Shown one piece after another: positions 20,146 through 30,682 of a stretch of DNA of 64,000 bases. Below the pieces are notes generated by a model, which made no database searches, had not been told where the DNA came from, and worked only from the letters and a program-made list of their open reading frames with translations. Each line of letters begins with the position of its first letter. Position 1 is the first letter of the stretch. Origin of the DNA: an uncultured Acidobacteriaceae bacterium. GTDB taxonomy: Bacteria; Acidobacteriota; Terriglobia; Terriglobales; Acidobacteriaceae. The position numbers and the translations under genes are program-made. The stretch spans positions 88,949 through 152,948 of the forward strand of contig CAWKKM010000019.1 of NCBI GenBank assembly GCA_963850235.1, written 5' to 3'.

Positions 20146-20724
20146 CTAGTAGTTTGCAGGATGCAGTAGCCAGCCGATGGTACCGGCGTGGTGAAGGATC
20201 AGGACGCCGAGCCCAGTCAATATCAAGGGAGCGAAGAGATGGCCATGTCTCCGCAGGGGCGCTCCGAATCGACGATGATTCACCATCCAATGGGCAAGCA
20301 TGCACCATAGAGCCGTCAGGGCAGCGAACACCATCGCGATCACGCCAATCTCGCTGCCGGAACGAATGGCGAAAGCAGGAATATAAATCCCGTTGTTGTC
20401 GCCGCCGTTTGCTATGGTCACGAGGGCGACGCCGGCAATGCTTCCTCGACAGCACCAAGTTGAGCGAGCATTGGACAGTGCAGGCAGGCGTTTCCGGCGA
20501 ATGCGGCCGCCTATGACTCGCCCTCGGTCAACGGCGTCAGCGGCGCTCCGACCAAGAAGAGCGAGCTGACGCTGGCCGGCGACGTGATCTGGCATTTCTA
20601 GGGACAATCTCAGGGATCCGGAGGCGGGCTGGACAAAAAGATAGTCCGCTCTCTGGAGTGGATTGCGCATGATTGGGGTTGGGATGCGAGCGGGTCTTGT
20701 GTAAAGTAAGCAAAACAGGGACAT
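20146..20724 (-). pseudogene. CadD-family (cadmium resistance transporter-like) C-terminal half; the N-terminal half is not recognisable
   Basis: Residues ~95-192 (VALVTIANGGDNNGIYIPAFA...LILTGLGVLIL) match the conserved CadD C-terminal region. The first ~95 residues are hydrophilic and Arg-rich. No TM-like sequence appears in any minus-strand frame of 20460-20760. Confidence 0.35.
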
Positions 20725-20783
20725 GAACGGGCTGTTATTGAGAGCATCAGTACTCTCTGAAGGACTCGACGGAGGATGACCGA

Positions 20784-22232
20784 TTGATCAAGCGACTTAG
20801 TTCGATTTCTGCGCTTTTACGTGCGCTTGCGCTGGGGCTCGTGGTGTGTGCCGGTGCGAGTGTTGCCACGGCGCAGATGCCGGGGGCCGCTGCTCCAGCA
20901 GCTCTCTCCCAGGCGGACCGGCTGGCCGCGCTGGAAAAGAGTTCTGCCGACCAGGCAACGGCGATTGCCGCTGCCCAAACCGCCGGGGATAACGGCTGGA
21001 TGCTGGTGAGCTCCGCGCTGGTTCTGCTCATGAGCGGGCCCGGCCTGGCCTTGTTTTATGGCGGCCTGGTGCGCAGGAAAAACGTTCTGGGCACCATGAT
21101 GCAGACCTTTGCCATGATGGCGGTGATCACCGTGCTCTGGGCGCTGGTGACTTACTCGCTGGCGTTTGGCGAAGGGAGCGCATTCATTGGCGGTCTGCAC
21201 AATGTATTTCTTCGCGGGGTAGGAGTGGCTCCCGATCCCAAGTACGCCGCTACCATCCCGCTGCAGACGTTCATGGTCTTCCAGTTGATGTTCGCCATTA
21301 TTACGCCGGCGCTGATCACGGGTGCTTTCGCCGAGCGCATGAAATTCTCGGGGATGCTGGCGTTCATGGTGCTGTGGGCAATTTTTGTGTACAGCCCGAT
21401 GGCGCATATGGTCTGGGGCAAGGGTGGATTGCTCAACGCATCGCTGGGTGGACGCTTCCCTTGCCTGGATTTCGCCGGCGGCACGGTGGTGCATATCACC
21501 TCAGGTGTGTCGGCGCTGGTCACCGCGTTATATCTGGGCAAACGGCTCGACTACCCGCGCGAGCCGATGCCGCCGCATTCCGTGGTGCTCAGCTTTATTG
21601 GGGCTTGTTTGCTGTGGGTAGGGTGGTTTGGATTTAATGCCGGCTCTGCTCTGAACGCAGGCACGCTGGCAACCTCCGCATTCATCGCCACCCACTTCGG
21701 GGCGGCCGCTGCGGCCATTGGCTGGAGCGCAGCGGAGTGGATACGAAGCGGCCGGGCTACGGCCCTGGGTGCGATCTCGGGAGCCGTGGCAGGCCTGGTG
21801 GCGATCACTCCCGCTTCCGGCTTCGTCACCCCGATGTCCGCGTTGTGGATCGGCCTGATCGCAGGCGTATTCTGCTACTTCATGGTGGTAAAGGTTAAGT
21901 CCATTTTCGGGTATGACGACTCGCTGGATGCCTTCGGTGTGCACGGAGCCGGCGGGACGATCGGGGCGCTATTAACCGGCATCTTTGCCAGCAGCGCTAT
22001 CAATCCAATTCTGGGGGCGGGAAAGGCCACGGGCTTGTTGGAAGGCAACAAGGGTCAGATCCTGAATCAGCTGGTTGCCATCGCGATTGCGTGGACTTTA
22101 TCGATTGTGGGGACATTGGTAATCCTGTTCGTCGTGGATAAGGTTGTTGGGCTCAGGGTGAATGAAGAGGACGAGCGCACCGGGCTGGACTTGTCACAGC
22201 ACGGCGAAGAAGGTTACGACTTCGCGAACTAG
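20784..22232 (+). CDS. amtB: ammonium transporter
   Basis: The protein is 482 aa. The TTG start lies 7 nt after GGAGGA. It has a signal peptide and the Amt signature regions (GWMLVSSALVLLMSGPGLALFYGG; FGVHGAGGTIGALLTG). Confidence 0.92.
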   Translation: MIKRLSSISALLRALALGLVVCAGASVATAQMPGAAAPAALSQADRLAALEKSSADQATAIAAAQTAGDNGWMLVSSALVLLMSGPGLALFYGGLVRRKNVLGTMMQTFAMMAVITVLWALVTYSLAFGEGSAFIGGLHNVFLRGVGVAPDPKYAATIPLQTFMVFQLMFAIITPALITGAFAERMKFSGMLAFMVLWAIFVYSPMAHMVWGKGGLLNASLGGRFPCLDFAGGTVVHITSGVSALVTALYLGKRLDYPREPMPPHSVVLSFIGACLLWVGWFGFNAGSALNAGTLATSAFIATHFGAAAAAIGWSAAEWIRSGRATALGAISGAVAGLVAITPASGFVTPMSALWIGLIAGVFCYFMVVKVKSIFGYDDSLDAFGVHGAGGTIGALLTGIFASSAINPILGAGKATGLLEGNKGQILNQLVAIAIAWTLSIVGTLVILFVVDKVVGLRVNEEDERTGLDLSQHGEEGYDFAN

Positions 22233-22261
22233 AGCACCTTCGAGCGATGAGGAAGGACTAA

Positions 22262-22603
<342 letters not shown>

Positions 22604-22661
22604 GCCATTTTTTCTCTCCGGCCCCTTTCACGCTTTGGAACAAGAATCTCTGAGGAGAACC

Positions 22662-24092
22662 ATGTCAGACGGACTTCGCAGCTTCATCGAGATACCTTAC
22701 GCCGAATTGGAAGAACGCAACCTGGCGGCGAAAGATCAGCGCAAACGCCACGTGCCGGCCGGGCAGATTCGCGAGGAGCGGCTGAAATATCTTACTGACG
22801 AGAAGCACATCAAGGCAGTCACCGTGCTCTTCAGCGACCTGGAAGGCCGGCTGCACATGCTCGACTACGACAAGAAGTTCATCATCAAGAGTGACGACAA
22901 CCTCACCTTCGATGGCAGTTCGATCCGCGGCTTTACCGCCCAGAGAGAGAGCGATCTGCGCCTGGGCATCGATTGGGGATCGTTCTACTGGGTGCCCTCC
23001 GACGTATTTGGCCCGGGGAAGACGCTGGTCTTCGGCAACGTCATCGCCAAGGACGGCAAGCCCTTCCCCGCCGACATTCGTGGAGTGCTCAAAGGCTATG
23101 CCACTGACCTCTACGACCAGAAGGGTTACACCCTGAATGCGGCCAACGAAATTGAGGGATTTCTCTTCAATGGCAAGGATGCGGAACGGCACTATCACGA
23201 GAAGCAAAGCTTCGAGTACGTCAACACCGGCGGCTACTATCATTCGCTCCCTGGCGACCCGCTGCGTACCTTCATCGATACCTGCGCCGAAGTACAGCGG
23301 GCCATGGGATTCGAAAACGAGAAGGACCACCCGGAAGTTGCGCCTTCTCAGTTTGAGATCAACTACAGCTATAGCGATGTGGTGACCGCCGCCGATCAGA
23401 TCCAGCTTTACAAGCTGGTTTGCCGCCAGGTAGCTACCACCATGGGTATGTCGGCCTCATTTCTGCCCAAGCCCGTGGTCGGCGTGAATGGAAGCGGCAT
23501 GCACACCAATGTCTCCATCAGTGAAAAAGGCAAGAACCTTTTCTGGGATGCCCAGGGTGAAGAACAGCTCAGTAAACTAGGTTGGGAGTTCGTCGACCGT
23601 ATTCTGACCCACGGCAATGACATTTGCCTACTGCTGAATGCGAGCGTGAATGCGTTTCGCCGCCTGGATCCCCATTTCGAGGCCCCGAACCAGATCATCG
23701 CGTCAGCCACGGATCGCGGCTCCATGGTGCGCATCCCTATCGGCAACGAGAAGAGCATGCGGGTGGAGGTCCGCTCCGTCAGCCCCGACGCCAACCCCTA
23801 CCTGGTGCTCTATTCGGTATTCAAGACCGGCATCGAGGGCGAAACCGCGAAAATCGAAAACCTGCGCAAGGCCAAGCGCTTCCTGCCCGACAACATCTAC
23901 ACGGCGCTCGATAACTTCAAAGCGGCCAAGTGGACAGACACCCTGCTGGGGGCTGACGTGAAGGAGCGGTATGCAGATTTGAAGCAAGCCTCCGCCGACC
24001 GCTGCCCAAGGCTATTGGGCACATTCGTGAAGGCGCCCGAGGTCCAATACCACCACGACGTCTACAACCAGTACCTCTGGAACAAATTCTAA
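22662..24092 (+). CDS. glnA: glutamine synthetase (GlnA family)
   Basis: This is ORF 22551..24092. The likely start is the ATG at 22662 after GAGGAG. The conserved motif is FLPKPVVGVNGSGMHTNVSI. Confidence 0.88.
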   Translation: MSDGLRSFIEIPYAELEERNLAAKDQRKRHVPAGQIREERLKYLTDEKHIKAVTVLFSDLEGRLHMLDYDKKFIIKSDDNLTFDGSSIRGFTAQRESDLRLGIDWGSFYWVPSDVFGPGKTLVFGNVIAKDGKPFPADIRGVLKGYATDLYDQKGYTLNAANEIEGFLFNGKDAERHYHEKQSFEYVNTGGYYHSLPGDPLRTFIDTCAEVQRAMGFENEKDHPEVAPSQFEINYSYSDVVTAADQIQLYKLVCRQVATTMGMSASFLPKPVVGVNGSGMHTNVSISEKGKNLFWDAQGEEQLSKLGWEFVDRILTHGNDICLLLNASVNAFRRLDPHFEAPNQIIASATDRGSMVRIPIGNEKSMRVEVRSVSPDANPYLVLYSVFKTGIEGETAKIENLRKAKRFLPDNIYTALDNFKAAKWTDTLLGADVKERYADLKQASADRCPRLLGTFVKAPEVQYHHDVYNQYLWNKF

Positions 24093-24145
24093 GTCTGCAC
24101 GGGGCGCCCCAAAGCCAAGGAAATCGGACGGGTGCCCGACTTCCT

Positions 24146-25486
24146 TCAGCTTTTGGCTCGGGCTCCAGCTGTTGCCGGGAGAGAGATATCCAACCGCTTG
24201 ATCTCGCCGACGATTGGGCCGTAGCTCACGATGGCGCATAAGGCGGTCGCCCCGACGAAGATGAGCACGTCATCAAACGACCCAGTCTTCTTCACCAGGT
24301 ATCCGATAACGATCGGCGTCGTGATCCCGGCCAGATTCCCGATTAAGTTAAACAAGGCGCCGTTCAACCCGACCATTCCCTTAGGCGAAGTGTCGGAGAT
24401 CACCGTCCATCCCAAAGAGCCAAATCCCTTGCCGAAGAACGACAGCGACATAAGAAACAGCATGACCGCCTGGGCGGGAGCATAGTTACACCCAATCATG
24501 GTTACCGACAGCAACATACCCGCCATAATCGGCGCTTTACGCGCAAAACTGAGCGAATAGCCGGCGCGCAGCAGCTTATCGGAAACCACGCCGCCGAGAA
24601 TTCCTCCTGTCCCTCCGCATAGCGCCGGCAACGCCGCGGCAAAACCAACTTTCATGATGGACAGATGCCGGGCCTGCGATAGATATACCGGAAACCACGT
24701 CAGAAAGAACCACGTCAACGTCGTGATGCAGTACTGGCCAAGATAGATCCCAACCAACATCCGATGGCTCAACAGCTCCTTGACCGCTGCCCAGGTGAGC
24801 AGGCTTCCCTTGGTCTTGACCACGCGATCGGCATTCACCAGCCCGCCACCCTGCTCGATGTACTCAATCTCCGCACGGGAAACACGAGGATGGTCCTTGA
24901 CCTCGTAAATACTCTTGACCCAAATGACGGCGAAGACAAACCCCAACGCACCCATGAACCAGAAACAACTCCTCCAGCCGGCCGCATGGGTAATCCACCC
25001 CAGGATCGGAGCGAAAATCATCAACGCAAAATACTGCGAAGAATTGAAAATGGCGGAAGCGCGTCCGCGCTCATTGGCGGGAAACCATGAAGCGACGATG
25101 CGCCCGTTTCCGGGAAAAACCGGAGCCTGGGCAAAGCCGGCGATCAGCCGCAAAACAAAGATCACGGTAAAAGCAACCGTTGCTGCAAGGTATCCAGCAA
25201 GGCCGGTAAGCAAAGCGCAAACCGACCACGCAACGATACCAATCCCGTAAACCCTCTTCGACCCAAAGCGGTCCAGCAACACCCCGGACGGCAATTGTCC
25301 CAGGACATAGGCCCAGCTGAATCCCGAAAAGAGGTAACCCAGCTTCACCGGGTCGAGAAGGATATCTTTGCCCATCGCTGTTCCGGCGATGGAGAGTGCC
25401 ACTCGATCTCCGTAGCTGAAACAGCTCACGGCGAAGAGGATGGCGATAATCAAATACCGGACGTGAGTTTTTTTGCCTTCTGCCAA
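24146..25486 (-). CDS. MFS transporter, anionic sugar-acid (glucarate/galactonate, ACS) type
   Basis: The protein is 446 aa. The N-terminus, VRYLIIAILFAVSCFSYGDRVALSIAG...LPSGVLLDRFGSKRV, is typical of GudP/DgoT-like permeases. Confidence 0.8.
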   Translation of the reverse strand: MAEGKKTHVRYLIIAILFAVSCFSYGDRVALSIAGTAMGKDILLDPVKLGYLFSGFSWAYVLGQLPSGVLLDRFGSKRVYGIGIVAWSVCALLTGLAGYLAATVAFTVIFVLRLIAGFAQAPVFPGNGRIVASWFPANERGRASAIFNSSQYFALMIFAPILGWITHAAGWRSCFWFMGALGFVFAVIWVKSIYEVKDHPRVSRAEIEYIEQGGGLVNADRVVKTKGSLLTWAAVKELLSHRMLVGIYLGQYCITTLTWFFLTWFPVYLSQARHLSIMKVGFAAALPALCGGTGGILGGVVSDKLLRAGYSLSFARKAPIMAGMLLSVTMIGCNYAPAQAVMLFLMSLSFFGKGFGSLGWTVISDTSPKGMVGLNGALFNLIGNLAGITTPIVIGYLVKKTGSFDDVLIFVGATALCAIVSYGPIVGEIKRLDISLPATAGARAKS

Positions 25487-25487
25487 G

Positions 25488-26408
25488 TCAGGATCGCCCC
25501 GCGATCAACTGGGTCAGTTCCTGACACTCCGCTTCCGTAAGATCGGTCAGCGGCGACCGCACCGGCCCCGCCGGCCGGCCGACGGCCTTCATGCCTGCTT
25601 TGACAATCGAGACCGCGTACCCCTTGCGGCGGTTGCGGATCTGGATATACGGCAGGACGAATTCCCGCAATCCAGCGAATACCGCGGCATGATCGCGGCG
25701 TCGCACGGCGGCATAGAATTCAAGCGCGAAATTCGGCAGGAAGTTGAAGATCGCGGAGGAGTAGGTGGTGACACCCAACTCCAGGTACGGAAGAGCAAAT
25801 GTCTCCGCGGTCGGCAGGCCGCCAATATATGTGAGCCGGTCCCCTAACCTGGCGTAGATCCGCGTCATGCGCTCGATGTCGCCAACACCATCCTTAAAGC
25901 CCACCAGGTTGGGGCAACGATGACACAACCCTTCCAGGCTTGCATCGTCCAGCACCGCATTGTCGCGGTTGTACATGATGACGCCCAGCCTGGTGCTGGC
26001 ACATACGGTCTCCACGTGGGCGGCCAAGCCTGCCTGCTCCGCGCCTACAAGGTAGGGCGGCAGAAGCAGGATTCCGTCCGCACCCGCTTCCTCCGCGGCC
26101 TGGGCAAATTCTTTCGCCATCGCCGTGCCGTAACCGCAACCGGCGACCAGGGGCACTTGCTTTGCCGTCTGGGCCACGGCAGCGCGCACCACACTCGAAA
26201 ACTCAGACAGCGTAAGCGAAAAGAACTCGCCTGTACCGCCTGCAGCAAACAGGCCCGCAGGCTTGTGCGACAACAGCCACGCGACGTGCTCCTGGTAGGG
26301 CCTGGGCTGGAACTCGAAACTTTTTCCAAAATGGGTAACTGGAAAGGAAAGCAGGCCTGCTCCCACCTGCTTCGCCATCTCCCCCGGATCCATCGTCTTC
26401 ATCAGCAC
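25488..26408 (-). CDS. kdgD: 5-dehydro-4-deoxyglucarate dehydratase
   Basis: The protein is 306 aa. The matches are family-specific ([51 protein letters not shown]). Confidence 0.88.
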   Translation of the reverse strand: MLMKTMDPGEMAKQVGAGLLSFPVTHFGKSFEFQPRPYQEHVAWLLSHKPAGLFAAGGTGEFFSLTLSEFSSVVRAAVAQTAKQVPLVAGCGYGTAMAKEFAQAAEEAGADGILLLPPYLVGAEQAGLAAHVETVCASTRLGVIMYNRDNAVLDDASLEGLCHRCPNLVGFKDGVGDIERMTRIYARLGDRLTYIGGLPTAETFALPYLELGVTTYSSAIFNFLPNFALEFYAAVRRRDHAAVFAGLREFVLPYIQIRNRRKGYAVSIVKAGMKAVGRPAGPVRSPLTDLTEAECQELTQLIAGRS

Positions 26409-26411
26409 TCC

Positions 26412-27239
26412 CTACTTTCTGATTTTTTTGAGAAAGGTATCAAGCAAGGTGTTAAATCTGTCTGCATCATCCACGAACAGGCAATGGCCGGCATCTTCGA
26501 AAACTTCGGCCTGCCCGCCGGGGACGGAGGAACGGATGAGCTCCGCTGCAAAGCGATTGTTTTCCGTCATGACCCCGAGCACCGGGATGTTGAGTTTTGG
26601 CAGTACGTGCCGAAGATCGTTCTTCACGGCAAATTCGGCCAGCAGGGCCACCGCGGTGGTCGTCGGCGTCTTTAGAGAAGCAGCCGTCACGCTTTCGAGA
26701 TACGGTTCTGGTTGTGGCTTGTGATACATGCTCCGCACGAAGCCGGCCATGAACTGCTTGCGGTCCGCTTGAAGGTTGTGGAACATCATGTAGCGAGCGT
26801 CCCGTTCCTCCTGGGCCGGGGGAGTGTAGGGACTCCTTTCGACCAAGACCAAGGCGGTCAACGGATGTGTGCCGAACATCTGGACGAAGGTCAAGGTTTC
26901 GTGAACAGCCAACGACCAGCCGACCAACACTACTGGGGACCCGCCGAGATGATCGATCAGCTCTTTGTAATCCTGGGCTCTTCTCCCGGGGTAGTTTCCC
27001 TCCGCGGCCTTGTCCGACACTCCCTGCGAACGGGGATCGACCGCGACCACTCGGTAGCTCTTGCTGAAGTATTCGATCTGAGGCTGCCAGATTTCTGCCG
27101 GCATCGTCCAACCCGGAACGAACAGGATGGTAGGACCTGTTCCACTCTCGAGGTAGTGGATCTTAATCCCGTCACTGGTGACGAAGGAAGCGTCCTTCAC
27201 GTGTTGCTCCTTGAAGTGGATAGATAGAGGACTCAGCAC
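26412..27239 (-). CDS. alpha/beta hydrolase fold protein
   Basis: The protein is 275 aa and has the LVGWSLA nucleophile-elbow-like motif. It overlaps the upstream gene by 7 nt. Confidence 0.7.
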   Translation of the reverse strand: MLSPLSIHFKEQHVKDASFVTSDGIKIHYLESGTGPTILFVPGWTMPAEIWQPQIEYFSKSYRVVAVDPRSQGVSDKAAEGNYPGRRAQDYKELIDHLGGSPVVLVGWSLAVHETLTFVQMFGTHPLTALVLVERSPYTPPAQEERDARYMMFHNLQADRKQFMAGFVRSMYHKPQPEPYLESVTAASLKTPTTTAVALLAEFAVKNDLRHVLPKLNIPVLGVMTENNRFAAELIRSSVPGGQAEVFEDAGHCLFVDDADRFNTLLDTFLKKIRK

Positions 27240-28339
27240 ATCCCGTCCACAGATTGAATCAAGGCTCGAATGTAGCCGTAACAGAACGCAAAGGACTGCA
27301 GGCCGTTGGGGTCGTTGGGCGCCACGGGAACGTGGTCCGGCATGAGCATGTAGGGATATCCAACCTCTTTGTACACCTGGATGGCTTTTACGAAGTTGAC
27401 GTCGCCCTCATCGGGATAGACCTCCAGGAAATCGTTCCGATGACCGCGAATATTGCGAAAGTGCACATTGAAGATCTTGTTGCGCGAACCGAAATAACGG
27501 ATGACATCGTAGATTTGAGTTCCGGGATCGGTGAGCATTTCAGAGACCGTGCCTTGGCAAAAGTTCAACCCGTGATAAGGGCTTTCCCGTATGGTGATGA
27601 ACTTCTTCAGCCCGTCAACCGTGCCCAGGACTCGATCGACGCCCTGGTACCCCTCGGGCGGCATGCCCGGATCGTGCGGGTGGCAGGCCATGCGGATCTT
27701 GTATTCATTGGCCACGGGAATCACGTGGTCGAGGAAGTAGGTGATGCGTTCCCAAAACATATCCGCATCCACATGTCCAGCCTTGGTGAGCGGCGGATTG
27801 GGGTGACTTTCCGAGAGCTTCCAGGTGCTGTACATGGCATCGCCGCGGCCGGGCGTGCGTCCGGTTCGCACCACGCCCAGGATGCTCATGTTGTATTTAA
27901 TGGAGGGAATACCGGCCTGCGCGCAGTTCTTGATCATGGTTTGCAGGGCTTCGATATCGCGGTCACGCTCCGGACTTTGCGCCAGCATGATGGCCGGATG
28001 CTTTTCCTTGTCGATGTGGCTCGACTCGAGAAATGGAGGCGCGGTGCAATCGATGCTGATGCCGCTTTTGCCGGCCAGGTCCACCATGCGATTGAGCTCT
28101 TCCACAGTGGCGTATAGACGATCCCCTTCAATCTCCGGATACCCGCAGATATTGCGCACGCTGTAGCGCGCCAGGTACTTGAGATGAGTCTCGTTCGTGG
28201 GCGCTGTCTGGTCACCCACCTTCATGAGCACAGGCTTTGCCAGGGTGACCTTGGGAGCAGCAACGGAGGTCAGTCCATTCGCGGCCAATAACCCGGCTGC
28301 GCCGGTAGAAGTGATAAATTTCCGTCGATTCATGTTCAT
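27233..28339 (-). CDS. mannonate dehydratase (UxuA) family protein with a Tat signal
   Basis: This is ORF 27233..28372. The probable start is MNMNRRKFITSTGAAGLLAANG, an RR motif. The UxuA-like core is IPVANEYKIRMACHPHDP...NVHFRNI...FLEVYPDEGDV...MPDH. Confidence 0.75.
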   Translation of the reverse strand: MNMNRRKFITSTGAAGLLAANGLTSVAAPKVTLAKPVLMKVGDQTAPTNETHLKYLARYSVRNICGYPEIEGDRLYATVEELNRMVDLAGKSGISIDCTAPPFLESSHIDKEKHPAIMLAQSPERDRDIEALQTMIKNCAQAGIPSIKYNMSILGVVRTGRTPGRGDAMYSTWKLSESHPNPPLTKAGHVDADMFWERITYFLDHVIPVANEYKIRMACHPHDPGMPPEGYQGVDRVLGTVDGLKKFITIRESPYHGLNFCQGTVSEMLTDPGTQIYDVIRYFGSRNKIFNVHFRNIRGHRNDFLEVYPDEGDVNFVKAIQVYKEVGYPYMLMPDHVPVAPNDPNGLQSFAFCYGYIRALIQSVDGMC

Positions 28340-28462
28340 ATCCGGCAATCTGCCCTTTTTAGGCGCGGCCAAATTGTGAATTGCTGGCCGCCGAGGAATA
28401 TAGTGGAAGATCTATCCCAAAACAACCTATAGTCAGCATGGATTGATACCTGGATTGCATCA

Positions 28463-29356
28463 ATGTATGAACTCAAACAGCTCCGCTGCTTTGTTGCCGT
28501 GGGCGAGGAATTACACTTTGGCCGCGCCGCCAAACAGCTGCACATGACCCAACCCCCGCTGAGCCGGCAGATTCAGATGCTGGAGCGGGAGCTCAAAATC
28601 AAGCTGCTCACCAGAACCAGCCGCACCGTGCGGCTGACCCCTGCGGGCCGCGCCTTCCTTGTCGAGGCGCGGAGAATCCTGGCCCTTACGGAGAGCGCGG
28701 CGATCGCGGCACGCCGCATTGCCAAAGGCGAATCGGGGCTAATCCGCATGGGCTTCACCGCCAGTTCCAGCTATGACTTTCTGCCCCGGCTGCTGGCGCT
28801 GGCAAACTCATCACTCAAAGGATTTGGGGTGGTATTGAATGAGATGGTGACCATGCAGCAGATGGAAGCACTCCATGCCAATCGAATTGACTTTGGGCTG
28901 GTGCGTCCCCCAGTCGACAAGCGGGATCTGGGCATGGCGTGTGTCGCCAGAGAACCGTTGCTGCTGGCTGTCTCCGCCACGCATCGGTTCGCCACGGGGC
29001 CGGCTCCGACCATGAAGGATCTAGCTGGGGAACCGTTCATTACTTTCTCACCGGTCGACGGCCGCTACTTTTACGAGCTGATTGAGCGCATGTTTCGCAA
29101 GGCAGGTACGTCTGCCAGGTACGTGCAACACGTCAGCCAGGTGCACTCTATCCTCGCGCTGGTGAGCGCAGGCATCGGAATAGCGCTGGTGCCGGAAACA
29201 GCGAAGAAACTCCATTTTGAAGGAGCTGTGCTGCGGGAGTTGGCCAGCCCGCCGGTGCATGCACAATTATTCCTGGTCTGGTTGACCGAGAACGACAACC
29301 CGGCGTTGCCGGCCTTCCGCGATCTGGCATTGCGGCACTTTGCCATAGCACCGTAA
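28463..29356 (+). CDS. LysR family transcriptional regulator
   Basis: The protein is 297 aa, MYELKQLRCFVAVGEELHFGRAAKQLHMTQPPLSRQIQMLE. It is divergent from the uxuA-like/kdgD operon. Confidence 0.88.
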   Translation: MYELKQLRCFVAVGEELHFGRAAKQLHMTQPPLSRQIQMLERELKIKLLTRTSRTVRLTPAGRAFLVEARRILALTESAAIAARRIAKGESGLIRMGFTASSSYDFLPRLLALANSSLKGFGVVLNEMVTMQQMEALHANRIDFGLVRPPVDKRDLGMACVAREPLLLAVSATHRFATGPAPTMKDLAGEPFITFSPVDGRYFYELIERMFRKAGTSARYVQHVSQVHSILALVSAGIGIALVPETAKKLHFEGAVLRELASPPVHAQLFLVWLTENDNPALPAFRDLALRHFAIAP

Positions 29357-29413
29357 CGCACGCCATGGGATTTGCTGGTCTATGTAGCAAAGGCGATCGT
29401 TGGGCTGCGCCCA

Positions 29414-29466
29414 TCATTTTCGGCCCACGTACGCGGGTGCGAACGTGGGGCACCCGTCCGATTTCC
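29414..29466 (+). repeat. A-type hairpin repeat, single unit
   Basis: The unit is TTTTCGGCCCACGTACGC-GGGT-GCGAACGTGGGGCACCCGTCCGATTTCC. It starts 58 nt after the LysR stop. Confidence 0.85.
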
Positions 29467-29686
29467 TCGGATTTTTCTGTGCCTACTGACTGCTGGCTGC
29501 GACTGAATGTTGAGCTCACCCTCGCGGTCCGTGCAGAACCGAGTGTCGGAGCGGCGCCCGCAAAGTATGCCGTGCCTCGTTCTGGTAGAACAACCCCATC
29601 CTATGCTCGGTGTTGCCCGGTTGGAGCCCCTATCACTCTCCGTACATTTTGCCCCGGCCTGCAATTTCGGGTTCTAATGAGGCTCT

Positions 29687-30667
29687 ATGATTTCCCGAAG
29701 AGAGTGGATGATGGGGGCGTTCGCGACCGCGCACGCGTTGGGGGCGCAACTTCGTGGCGTCAAGCGGATGGCAGATGCACTGGCAGGCCCACCCTCAGTG
29801 CCACCGGGGCCGCGGCGGGTCGTGATCGAGACACATATCCATCTGTTTGCCGGCGATCCCAGGTTTCCTTACAACAGCGCCTCTTATCCTCCTAAACCCG
29901 AGCCGGTCGAAAAGTATGTGCAGTTCGCCCAGCAAGCGCACATCGATCATGCGGTCATCGTTCATCCCGAACCTTACCAGGATGATCACCGCTACCTTGA
30001 ATACTCGTTTGCGCACGAACCGTCGCCGGGTTTCTTCAAGGGAACCTGTCTTTTTGATCCCATCGATCCGGAAACACCTAAACGGATGCAGGCGCTGGTC
30101 AAGAGGAATCCTGGACGAATCGTAGCGTTAAGAGTTCACGAGACACACGAGGCGGGAACTCCTTCCACGACCAGCGGCCTCATCCGCGATCGCGATTTGA
30201 AGAACCCCCAGATGGCAGTCACCTGGCATGCCGCACACGAACTGGGGCTGGCGATCCAGGTCCACTGCATCCCGCATTACGCGGCGGCCATCGGCGAACT
30301 GGCAAGCAAATTTCCCCAGACCCCCGTCATCATTGATCACTTAGCGCGCCCCGGACAGGGGACGCCGGAAGAATATGAGCAGGTTCTCAAGCTAGCCCAG
30401 CTTCCGCGTGTTTACATGAAATACACCACCACCGGTGTGGCCTCCGCATCGAAACAGCCGTTTCCCCACCAGGATGCAAAGCGGCTGGTCAAACGCGTTT
30501 ACCAGGCGTTCGGTGCTGACAAAATCCTCTGGGGCGAATTAGGAGTAAACACGACAGAGTTTCAACAGGCCATTCAGTTGCTTGACCTGATGCTCGACTC
30601 CGCGTCCCCCTCCGAACGAGCTAAGATACAGGGCCTCAACGCGAAAAAGCTTTTCGCTTTTTCTTGA
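29687..30667 (+). CDS. amidohydrolase-2 family protein (lactonase/decarboxylase-type TIM barrel), Tat-like signal
   Basis: The protein is 326 aa. The N-terminus is MISRREWMMGAFATAHALGA. The metal ligand context is VIETHIHLF. Confidence 0.7.
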   Translation: MISRREWMMGAFATAHALGAQLRGVKRMADALAGPPSVPPGPRRVVIETHIHLFAGDPRFPYNSASYPPKPEPVEKYVQFAQQAHIDHAVIVHPEPYQDDHRYLEYSFAHEPSPGFFKGTCLFDPIDPETPKRMQALVKRNPGRIVALRVHETHEAGTPSTTSGLIRDRDLKNPQMAVTWHAAHELGLAIQVHCIPHYAAAIGELASKFPQTPVIIDHLARPGQGTPEEYEQVLKLAQLPRVYMKYTTTGVASASKQPFPHQDAKRLVKRVYQAFGADKILWGELGVNTTEFQQAIQLLDLMLDSASPSERAKIQGLNAKKLFAFS

Positions 30668-30682
30668 GCGAACCACAAGGTC

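Noticed and set aside
20725-20783. Sigma-54 (TGGCAC-N5-TTGC) or NtrC-type sites upstream of amtB and glnA
   Set aside because: I scanned 20113-20783 and 22604-22661 by eye. The only near match, TGGCAT at ca. 20590, lacks the -12 GC element. I make no call.
28400-28415. ATAG-N8-CTAT dyad in the LysR/uxuA-like divergent spacer as a LysR T-N11-A box
   Set aside because: The spacing does not fit T-N11-A exactly, and a single short dyad in AT-richer DNA is weak evidence.
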